Shown one piece after another: positions 1 through 7,684 of a stretch of DNA of 26,191 nt. Location of the stretch: contig CAVSBT010000014.1 of assembly GCA_963726245.1 (NCBI GenBank), positions 1 through 26,191 of the forward strand, written 5' to 3'. Both the position numbers and the translations under genes were made by a program. Position 1 is the first letter of the stretch, and each line of letters begins with the position of its first letter. Source of the DNA: an uncultured Chloroflexia bacterium. GTDB taxonomy: Bacteria; Chloroflexota; Dehalococcoidia; DSTF01; JALHUB01. A model generated the notes under the pieces. It made no database searches. It had not been told where the DNA came from and saw nothing but the letters and a program-made list of their open reading frames with translations.

Positions 1-3
1 CAG

Positions 4-75
4 TTGCCTCAGCGCTGTGGCGGGCGTACCATCCCTATGATGCAGTTGCTGCCAGCGCTGCGGCGGGTGTACGAT
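4..75 (+). promoter_or_regulatory. Two tandem sigma70-like promoters upstream of dodecin
   Basis: TTGCCT(4-9)-17 bp-TACCAT(27-32) and TTGCTG(46-51)-18 bp-TACGAT(70-75). Each lies within one copy of an imperfect direct repeat (1-33 and 43-76). Confidence 0.5.
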
Positions 76-110
76 CGCGAACCTGGGTAGAGCGCACGGA
101 GGTGCCGGCC

Positions 111-323
111 ATGGCGGAGAGTGTCTACAAGATCATAGAACTCGTGGGAACCAGCACGGAGTCGTGGGAAGCGGCAGCCCGCGGTGCTGTCGAGCGCGCC
201 AGCAGCACGCTGCGCGACCTCCGGATCGCGGAGGTCGAGAAGCTCGACATGACCGTCGACAACAATAAGGTGGTCCTTTACCGCGCGAGGATCAGGCTCT
301 CGTTCAAGTACGAGGAAGGGTAG
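111..323 (+). CDS. Dodecin family flavin-binding protein
   Basis: 70 aa, MAESVYKIIELVGTSTESWEAAARGAVERASSTLRDLRIAEVEKLD...YRARIRLSFKYE, matching the dodecin pattern (K.IELVG.S..SW..A...A...A..TLR). GGAGG at 98-102 favours ATG 111 over GTG 102. Confidence 0.93.
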   Translation: MAESVYKIIELVGTSTESWEAAARGAVERASSTLRDLRIAEVEKLDMTVDNNKVVLYRARIRLSFKYEEG

Positions 324-524
324 CGCCTCCGCCGGTCACGGCTGGACATCGCCGAATAATCTCAACCGGCGCGCCCCGTCAGGTGATTGGTCGCCAGGCA
401 TCTCGCGTGGCGCACCTGTGGACACGCCGTGCAATGGAGGGATCTACGAACGGTCGGCCACAGGGGCGACTAACCCCACGAGTTCCGGGTGGCGACCAAC
501 GTGCCGGAGGTTGTTGGACAAGCT

Positions 525-561
525 TGACGGCCGCCCACAGGCGGCCGTCACTGCTTTTCTT
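525..561 (+). terminator. Rho-independent terminator-like hairpin between convergent genes
   Basis: Perfect 11-bp stem TGACGGCCGCC-CACA-GGCGGCCGTCA (525-550) followed by CTGCTTTTCTT. Confidence 0.65.
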
Positions 562-628
562 GGTTGGCGCGGGAAACGGGCCCTGTCAGACTACGAGCGA
601 CTCACACGGTTGCCGAGGTTCTTGAGGA

Positions 629-2227
629 TTACCTGAGCGTCCTGCCGTTGTTGGGGCGGCGTCCCATGCGGCGCGCGACGTCGGCGGCGAAATTCGCGGC
701 CGTTCCTACGACGCCGCGCTGGTGGGGGATGGGGCGCATCGCGTTCGACAGCTCCGGGTGCTTCTCGGCGTAGGCCCGCACTTCCTCCAGCGTGACGCCG
801 TACCTGTCGAGCACGCGCTGCAGCTCCTCACGGGCCTTGTCTTTCGCCTCCTGCAGCTTCATCTGGACACGGCTCTTGACCAGCACCTCGCCATCCCCCG
901 TCGTCTCGATGGGGATGAAGATTGTGTCGGCCAGGTCGCTCACCACCTTCGCCTGGACGCCGTCGCTGATCGTGCTGGGCATGCAGCCGAAGGGTTTGAC
1001 GGAGATCATCATGTGGGCTTTGGCGTGTCGCACCATGTATATGTGCTTGGTGACCTCCAGGTGGCCCTCGCCGGCGATGAGGCGCTTCTCGTAGTAGCCT
1101 TCGGAGTAGCGGTCGAGCATGCCCATCGCCGGGATGCCCTGCGGCTTCATATTCATGATGGCGCGGTAGAAGGTGTAGAGGGCCTCCCCGAAGTGCTTGC
1201 CTGCGCGGAGCCCCAACCAGACGAGCCAGGGGTTGGCCGTGCCCATCCCTTGCGGGTCTGGCTTGACGAAGAGGCGGTCCCGCACCTTGAGCTCGTTGAG
1301 CCAGATCATGTACTCGAACCAGGCCCCGACCGTGTCCAGCATCACCTCGGCGCCCTCCGACTCCAGCCAGTGCAGGAGACGGTGGTTGGACTCGTCCTCC
1401 GCGTGCTTGAGGAAGAACTCGCCGGTGACCTTCACCCGTGGCTTGACCCTCAGGTAGTCGACCTTGATGCGTCCGAGCTTGACCCTGATGGCCGCCATCG
1501 TCTTCGAGATGGAGAGTCCCTCTCTTGCTGCGACCCGCACCATCTCGCGGGCCTCCGCCAGCGCCCGGTCGGTTACGCCGGGGACGACCTCGTAGGGCCG
1601 TATCTGGCAGGCGAGGTCGCCCAGGAGGTCGGCGGCGATCGCCACCTTGCCGAGACGCAGGAATATCTTGGGCGTCATCTGCACCCCCGCCGACTCCTGA
1701 TTGATGTCGAGGCCGTGGGCGATGTCCAGCATCGCGATCCGGAAGTTGGGGAAGCCGGCCGCCTCGAGCGCCTTGCGCATGTCCGCCTCGTACATCCCCA
1801 TCCGGCAGGGCCCGCAGTCGCTCGCCCAGAGGAGGGCAAAGCGCTCTTCGATCTCGCTGTCGGAGAGACCCTCCCGCCGTTGCTCAAATAGGAACTTGAG
1901 CAGGGTGCCGATCGTGTAGTAGGTGGGGTTGCACTGGCCGCGGTTGCAGAACTCCTTGCCGATGGCGAGCGACTCCTGGTCAGGGGTGGGAAGTCGCTGC
2001 GCCTTGTAGCCGAGCCCCTCCAGCACGCCCACGAGCACCCCTTGGAAAATGGCGGGAAGCGCGCAGAAGACGATGGTGGTCTCCGCTTTGTTTATCGGCG
2101 TTGTGGGGTCGGCGGGCCGCTTGAAATGGCGCACCTCCGGCCCCTCCACGCCCATCTCCTGGGCTAGGGCGCGGCGGAAGGCCTCAACCTTCGCCTCGAT
2201 CTCAGCCTCTGACGCTGTCGTAGACAC
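629..2227 (-). CDS. 2-hydroxyacyl-CoA dehydratase-like Fe-S reductase subunit (COG3581-like; PlsR-like)
   Basis: 532 aa with Cys motifs GQCNPTYY, DCGPCRMGMY and KPFGCMP, plus KVTGEFF and GEG. Overlaps the 3' end of the upstream activase gene. Confidence 0.8.
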   Translation of the reverse strand: MSTTASEAEIEAKVEAFRRALAQEMGVEGPEVRHFKRPADPTTPINKAETTIVFCALPAIFQGVLVGVLEGLGYKAQRLPTPDQESLAIGKEFCNRGQCNPTYYTIGTLLKFLFEQRREGLSDSEIEERFALLWASDCGPCRMGMYEADMRKALEAAGFPNFRIAMLDIAHGLDINQESAGVQMTPKIFLRLGKVAIAADLLGDLACQIRPYEVVPGVTDRALAEAREMVRVAAREGLSISKTMAAIRVKLGRIKVDYLRVKPRVKVTGEFFLKHAEDESNHRLLHWLESEGAEVMLDTVGAWFEYMIWLNELKVRDRLFVKPDPQGMGTANPWLVWLGLRAGKHFGEALYTFYRAIMNMKPQGIPAMGMLDRYSEGYYEKRLIAGEGHLEVTKHIYMVRHAKAHMMISVKPFGCMPSTISDGVQAKVVSDLADTIFIPIETTGDGEVLVKSRVQMKLQEAKDKAREELQRVLDRYGVTLEEVRAYAEKHPELSNAMRPIPHQRGVVGTAANFAADVARRMGRRPNNGRTLR

Positions 2228-5200
2228 GTTCCCCTCCGGCTAGAAGCATCCCTTCCTCCAGGCTCTTGCGGTAGCTCGCCACCTGCCGCTCGATCTCCTG
2301 CGCTGCCTCACGGCGACGCTGCATATCCTCCAGCCGGCGGCGGAGGAAGTAGTCGATCGTCTCCACCCGCAGCTTGATCGAGCCGACCGGCCGGTTCTCG
2401 TCGAGGTCATGGAAGGCGAAGTAGGGCGTACCGGCCGCCTCAAGTATCCCCTCGATCACGTGGTAGATGGGGGAGTCGAGGCCGCACTTGAAGGAGGAGA
2501 AATCGATACCGCTCAGGTTGGGATGGCGGGCGACGAACTTCGCCGCCCAGACCTTGCGGCTGGTGTTCTCGCTGAAGGTATGTTTCCAGACATCATGGAT
2601 GTCCCGCGGGTCGGCGATCTCCCCCCGGCGTACCTCCTCGCCGAAGAGCCGGTCGAGGATATCATCATCCATGGGCAGCGAGTCGATGGTGAAGACGGGG
2701 TAGCCCAGCCGCTGGATAAGCTCCGGTATGTCGTGGTGCACGGCGGGGTCGTTGTGGTAGGGGCGGCCGAGCAGGACCACCCCGAGGCGGCCCTCTTGCT
2801 CAAGCCGGTCGAGGACCTCCCGCGCCCGTCTCCTCAGGCCGCCGCGGAACGCCTCCAGCGCCCGGTAGCCCTCCTCTATCGCCGCCGCGTTCTCCTCAGG
2901 GCTCACGCCGAGGATCGGGCGGAAGAAGCTCAACATCTGCTGCTCGAAGAGGTTGGGCTCGCCCATGTGGAGGACGGGGGCGTAGAAGGATGCCCCTCTC
3001 TCGGCGAAGGCGTCTTTCTCCGTGGTGAAGGCTGCTTTCACCACCTCCGGTATCCCCTGCACCGTGGGACAGCTCCAGCCCGCCTGGCATTCGTAGATAT
3101 CGCTGGGGACGCTCATTATCTCCGGGAAGAAGATGACGTCCGGCTGCTTCTTGGTGAGGAGGTTGTGGACGTGGGAGACCGCGATCTTCCCCGGGAAGCA
3201 GGGGTCGATGGAGCCGCGCCGGGAGCCCTCGCGGAACATCTGGTCGTCTGTGTAGTCGGACCAGAGGATGTTGCGGTGGGGCACGCCCAGGCTTTCCAGG
3301 TAGGCGGTGAAGAACGGGGCGTAGGAGTACATGGTGAGCAGTCGCGGCATTCCGATGCGCAGCCGCGCCCGCCGCTCCCGCAGCCGCGCCGCCGTCCGGG
3401 TGCCGTCCCGGCCCCACAGGAAGCGCTGCCCCCTGCCGTTGGTGGCGGCGACGCCCTGCGGCGAGTAGCTGCGGAATGCCTCGCGGGCGGCGATCTCGAC
3501 GAAGTTGGGGTTCGCCTTCTTCACCACATTCTCGCGGGTGTTGAAGGCCCTCACCTCGTCGATGCTCTCCGCCATCCCCCGCTCGCAGGTGGCGGATATG
3601 AAGCGGGTCGTGTGTTCGGGCGAGGTCCTGATGTCGACGAAGGTGCGCAGACACTTGTTCTTGCAGAACGAGCAGCTGGTAGATTCGTCGCGGGTGGCGG
3701 TGAAGGTGAGCGCCTCCACCCGGTCGAACCCGATGAACGAACTCTCCCCGCCGTTGCCTACGCGGATCGCCTCGCTTGCAGCGCCGAGAGCGCCGCTCTC
3801 GCCGGCGTGCGGGTGGACGTGGATCTTCGCGTCCGGCACGCGGGCTTTGATGAAATCGTACTGGGCCTTGACCACGGCCAGGTTGTAGTGCGTCCCTCCC
3901 TGGAGGAGGAAGGTCTTGCCGAAGCGGGCCAGGTTCGTCTCCTGGACGACGTAGAGCCAGACGTTCTTGGGCAGGGTCAGGGCGAGGCCGGCCATGATCT
4001 CGGACGGCTGCCAGCCGAGTTGCTGGAAGTGCGAGATGTCCTGCTCCAGGAAGACGGCGCAGCCGTAGTGAAAGGCCGGCGCCCGCTCGGCGCTGAGCGC
4101 GACGTCGGCCCACTGGCTGAGGTCATAGCCGAAGCGGGCGGTCGTACTCTGGAGGAAGTAGCCGTTGCCGGCCGAGCACTGCGTGTTGAGCTTGAAATCC
4201 TTGACGGCGCCCGCCTTCATGATGATGACCTTGATGTCCTGCCCTCCCACGTCGGCGATGACGTCCACGTCGGGGTAGTAGCGGAGGGCGGACCGGGCGT
4301 GGGCAACCGTCTCCGGGATCGCCATGTCGGCGCCGAGCGCCTCCTTCAGCAGGTCCTTGGCATAGCCTGTCGTGGCCATGCCCAGGATGCGCAGGCGCGC
4401 TCCCTGCCCCTCCACCTGGCGTCGCAGCTCGCCCAGCACTTCTTTGGCGTCCTGGAGCGGGTTGCCCTTGCAGAGCTGGTAGGCTTTCGCCAGCAGATTG
4501 CCTTCGCCGTCTGTGAGGACGGCCTTCGTCGAGGTCGAACCGCCGTCCAGCCCCATGTATGCTTCCACGACCTGGCCGGGAGAGAAGGCGAGGGGTGTGA
4601 AGGGCTTCGCGCCGTAGAGCCGGCGGAACTCCTCGAGGTCTTCCCCGGGGGCCAGTGGGCCCCGCTGGCCGGTGTCCTGCTTCGCCTTCCGCCGGCCGAG
4701 GTCGATGTACTCCTCCAGCGCCCGCGTCCCGGCGTAGGTGCCGGCGAGTCCCTCCTCCTGCTGCCCGTATAGGGTCGTCCCCAGGGCGGCGTAGTACAGG
4801 GAGTGCTCCGGCACGACGATTAGCTCCTCAGGGGTGGAGCCGGCGGGCAGCGTCAGCCCCCGTTCCTCCCAGAGGCGCGGCACGTGTCGCCGCCACGCCT
4901 CCTGTAGACAGGGGAGGAAGGTGTTGGGGCCGCCCAGGAGGAGCACCTTGGGGCGCAGGACGTTGCCGCGGGTGAGCACGCTGAGGTTCTGCTGGACGAT
5001 CGCCTCGAAGAGGGAGACAATCAGATCCTCGGAGGGGACGCCCTGCTTCTGTAGGCTGTTCATATCGGTCTCAGCGAAGACGCCGCACTTGCCGGCGATG
5101 GGGTGCACCTTCGCGTTGCCGTGCCGCACTTCCCTGAGCTGCGCTTGGCTCAGGTGCAGCTTCGCCGCGATGCGGTCGATGACGGCGCCCGTGCCACCGG

Positions 5201-5804
5201 CGCACTTATCGTTCATGTTGGCGAGCTTCCGCTTGCGGCCCGTCTTCGGGTCCTCCCGCCAGATGATGATCTTGGCGTCCTGCCCTCCCAGCTCGATGAC
5301 CGAGCCCACGTCCGGCTGCAGCGCCTCCGCGGCCAGCGAGACGGCGTTGACCTCCTGCACGAACCGCGCCCCAATGTAGGGGGCGAGCGTCGCGCCGCCG
5401 CTTCCCGTGACGAAGATGCGGAACTGCTCGGCTGGCAACGGGAAGCGCTCTTCTATCTCCTTGAGAACCTCGAGGACCTTCTCCGGCTGGCGCGTACCAT
5501 GGAGGCGGTAGTCGGCGCAGAGGATCTCCTTGCTGTTGGGCGCGACGACCACGTACTTGACGGCTGTGGAGCCGACGTCAAGCCCGATGATGAGCTCGCG
5601 GTGAGATAAGCCGTCGCCGTCCTGACGCGGTCTCAAGACTGGGGACGACGAAGCGTGGTTGCTACCCGTCAGACTCAACCTCCAAGAGTGACCTGCGATG
5701 CCATCCGCCGAAAAGGACGAGTCCCGTTGGCCCAGGTTCCCCCGCCCCGCTGGCACAAAACGTTCTGTGGGGTCGAAGCCCGGCTCCTCACGGGCGAGGA
5801 GCAC
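2202..5804 (-). CDS. Fused double BadF/BadG/BcrA/BcrD ATPase (CoA-enzyme activase) plus DUF2229-like domain (PlsA-like)
   Basis: Two ASKHA ATPase modules (GLDVGSTAVK...ELGGQDAK...NDKCAGGTG...KCGVFAE and GLDGGSTSTK...DVGGQDIK...NTQCSAGNG...GCAVFLE), a CSFCKNKC linker, and a C-terminal domain with CFPGK, CPTV, GRPYH and FKCG. The start is uncertain because the first ~65 aa look non-conserved. Confidence 0.88.
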   Translation of the reverse strand: MLLAREEPGFDPTERFVPAGRGNLGQRDSSFSADGIAGHSWRLSLTGSNHASSSPVLRPRQDGDGLSHRELIIGLDVGSTAVKYVVVAPNSKEILCADYRLHGTRQPEKVLEVLKEIEERFPLPAEQFRIFVTGSGGATLAPYIGARFVQEVNAVSLAAEALQPDVGSVIELGGQDAKIIIWREDPKTGRKRKLANMNDKCAGGTGAVIDRIAAKLHLSQAQLREVRHGNAKVHPIAGKCGVFAETDMNSLQKQGVPSEDLIVSLFEAIVQQNLSVLTRGNVLRPKVLLLGGPNTFLPCLQEAWRRHVPRLWEERGLTLPAGSTPEELIVVPEHSLYYAALGTTLYGQQEEGLAGTYAGTRALEEYIDLGRRKAKQDTGQRGPLAPGEDLEEFRRLYGAKPFTPLAFSPGQVVEAYMGLDGGSTSTKAVLTDGEGNLLAKAYQLCKGNPLQDAKEVLGELRRQVEGQGARLRILGMATTGYAKDLLKEALGADMAIPETVAHARSALRYYPDVDVIADVGGQDIKVIIMKAGAVKDFKLNTQCSAGNGYFLQSTTARFGYDLSQWADVALSAERAPAFHYGCAVFLEQDISHFQQLGWQPSEIMAGLALTLPKNVWLYVVQETNLARFGKTFLLQGGTHYNLAVVKAQYDFIKARVPDAKIHVHPHAGESGALGAASEAIRVGNGGESSFIGFDRVEALTFTATRDESTSCSFCKNKCLRTFVDIRTSPEHTTRFISATCERGMAESIDEVRAFNTRENVVKKANPNFVEIAAREAFRSYSPQGVAATNGRGQRFLWGRDGTRTAARLRERRARLRIGMPRLLTMYSYAPFFTAYLESLGVPHRNILWSDYTDDQMFREGSRRGSIDPCFPGKIAVSHVHNLLTKKQPDVIFFPEIMSVPSDIYECQAGWSCPTVQGIPEVVKAAFTTEKDAFAERGASFYAPVLHMGEPNLFEQQMLSFFRPILGVSPEENAAAIEEGYRALEAFRGGLRRRAREVLDRLEQEGRLGVVLLGRPYHNDPAVHHDIPELIQRLGYPVFTIDSLPMDDDILDRLFGEEVRRGEIADPRDIHDVWKHTFSENTSRKVWAAKFVARHPNLSGIDFSSFKCGLDSPIYHVIEGILEAAGTPYFAFHDLDENRPVGSIKLRVETIDYFLRRRLEDMQRRREAAQEIERQVASYRKSLEEGMLLAGGERVYDSVRG

Positions 5805-5826
5805 ATCGCCCTCTGGACCCCATATG

Positions 5827-7356
5827 CTATCTGGCGGCCGCCGCCTCCTTAGCGCGATGCCGGGTGGTCGTGTTGACCAGCGCTTCGCGGTCCCCGCCGC
5901 TCATCCCGGCGATGTACCTCAGCAACTTCTTCCGCGACTCGATGTCGTACTGCGTGGTGATGGCGATCTGCTCCATGATCGGCGAGCCACCACCATGGTA
6001 GGAGCCGATGTTATGGATTCCGCCCGATGCCGAGCAGAGCACATCACCCAGGTAGCGCCAGAACTGCGCCTGGTCCTCGACGTCGACCTTGGGGCTCCGC
6101 TTGGTGTACTTGCGAAGCAGACCCCCGACCTCCGGGTTCGCAAAGTCCCTCTCGTGCGGGAAGGTCGCCGTCACGCCACCGGAGATGTCGCAAAGGATCT
6201 CCGCTTCCCGGAAGACCGCCTCGCCGGTGAGACAGCGACCGACGTTGCAGTAGATCGAGTTGGGGATGTAGGAGCCAGGGCCGTAAGGCACGAAGCCGAC
6301 GCCGGGCATGTAGACCTCCGGCTTGCCGAGGTCCGAGGCAGTGTAGCCCGCGGCGTACCCTAGCTCGGTGGTCATGATGAGCTCCGCAAGCTTCTCCCGT
6401 ACGTGCGGCGCTTTCTGGATGTTGTTCACTTCGGCGGCGAGAGCTGCCCCGCCAAGAATCAAGTCGCCAATCGCCGGCTTGCAGCCGGAATAGGAGTGGC
6501 GGTGGAACAAGGCGAAGAGGAGGGCCAGCACCCCCCCGTGCTGCCATTCGCCGGCCAGGAAGACCCGCTCCCAGGGCACGAAGCAGTTGTCGAAGATCAT
6601 GTAGGAGTCGGTGGAGCCCGGCATGAAGCCGCGCTTGTAGTACTCCCTCTCTCGGAGGTTGTGGATCGTGATCACCTGCTTCAGGCCGTCCCAGTCACCG
6701 GGGATCGCGAAGGCGACCGCGTAGTCCTTATCCTCGGCACGCAGGGCCCTCGTGGGGAGCACCAATACCTCGTCGGCTACCGAGGCTTCGGAGATGTGGA
6801 GCTTGCAGCCACTGACGACGATGCCATCCGGCCGGCGTTCCTTGATGTGGACATAGACGTCGGGGTCGGGCTGGTCGGCCGGCCGCAACAAGCGGTCGCC
6901 CTTCACGTCGGTTTGGGCGCAGCAGCCCACGAGGTCCTCCGTCTGGAAGCGGGTGAGCCACTTCTTGAAGTTCTCGTGGTACTGGGTGGCACCGTTGTTT
7001 GATTGGTCGGCTTCATAGGAGACGTTGTAGATCGCGTTGGTGGCGTCGATGCCCATGCAGCGCTGGATACAACCGCCGATCTTCTGGCAGAGCATGCGGG
7101 TCATGTCCTGCTTCTTGTGCAGGTCGTCGGTGTTCTGGTGAATGTGGGTGAAGCGGCTGATCCGCTGTCCCGTGAGATGGGAGATGGCCGTGCACAGCTC
7201 TTCGTTCTCGGGCCTGGCTGCTTCGTCGAAGGTAGTCCCGATGGTGTTGAGGCAGTTCATCTGCCGCTCGTCGGTGCGGTCGATGAGCTCACCGTCGAAG
7301 TAGATGTTCCGCCGCATCTTGCCGAGTCCCTTGATGTACTCTTCCTTGGTTCTCAT
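5827..7356 (-). CDS. 4-hydroxybutyryl-CoA dehydratase / vinylacetyl-CoA isomerase-like protein (HpaB/AbfD family, FAD and [4Fe-4S])
   Basis: 509 aa with CIQRCMGID (CxxxC), QTDVKGDR, HRHSYSGCK and HGGGSP, all AbfD-type motifs. Strong SD GGAGGAG before the ATG. Confidence 0.85.
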   Translation of the reverse strand: MRTKEEYIKGLGKMRRNIYFDGELIDRTDERQMNCLNTIGTTFDEAARPENEELCTAISHLTGQRISRFTHIHQNTDDLHKKQDMTRMLCQKIGGCIQRCMGIDATNAIYNVSYEADQSNNGATQYHENFKKWLTRFQTEDLVGCCAQTDVKGDRLLRPADQPDPDVYVHIKERRPDGIVVSGCKLHISEASVADEVLVLPTRALRAEDKDYAVAFAIPGDWDGLKQVITIHNLREREYYKRGFMPGSTDSYMIFDNCFVPWERVFLAGEWQHGGVLALLFALFHRHSYSGCKPAIGDLILGGAALAAEVNNIQKAPHVREKLAELIMTTELGYAAGYTASDLGKPEVYMPGVGFVPYGPGSYIPNSIYCNVGRCLTGEAVFREAEILCDISGGVTATFPHERDFANPEVGGLLRKYTKRSPKVDVEDQAQFWRYLGDVLCSASGGIHNIGSYHGGGSPIMEQIAITTQYDIESRKKLLRYIAGMSGGDREALVNTTTRHRAKEAAAAR

Positions 7357-7447
7357 GTCTCCTCCATTGATGTGTTTATTCTAGCTGTGTCATGTTGGGA
7401 ACCAGTTCATGCCGTTCCAGGCCTCGGCGCTACTTCTTGAGCCGTAG

Positions 7448-7466
7448 GTGTGCATAGTAGGCATAC
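7448..7466. promoter_or_regulatory. Imperfect palindrome overlapping a TACTAT -10-like box (minus strand) in the divergent promoter region
   Basis: GTGTGCATAGTAGGCATAC, 7 of 9 positions paired. ATAGTA at 7454-7459 reads TACTAT on the minus strand. No good -35 box was found. Confidence 0.25.
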
Positions 7467-7684
7467 GCCCCTGACCTTCCCCCATCTAAGCTACCACAGG
7501 CTATGTTGGTGTGACCATGGCTCCTGGCCGTAACGAGGCGGAGCATCTGCCTATCACGCAGAGAGTTGAGCTCACGCCGCAGGTTCGGTGGCGAGTACGC
7601 ATCCTATCGCCGCCAGGCCTCCTTCGAGTACAATCGTAGTGTGCCGGGTGCACTCCTCGACACATGCCCGGCTGGTAACAGACT

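Noticed and set aside
324-628. Short ORFs or an ncRNA downstream of dodecin
   Set aside because: The ORFs have no convincing RBS or motifs; the only clear structure is the terminator-like hairpin.
2409-4772. 787-aa plus-strand ORF, and other long antisense ORFs (722-1891, 8078-9478, 12164-13546, 15780-17165)
   Set aside because: They lie opposite well-supported genes and have no recognisable motifs; such shadow ORFs are expected with high GC3 codon usage.
5610-5804. N-terminal ~65-aa extension of the activase as a distinct domain
   Set aside because: It is Ser/Gly/Pro-rich with no motif and may simply reflect a start codon called too far upstream.
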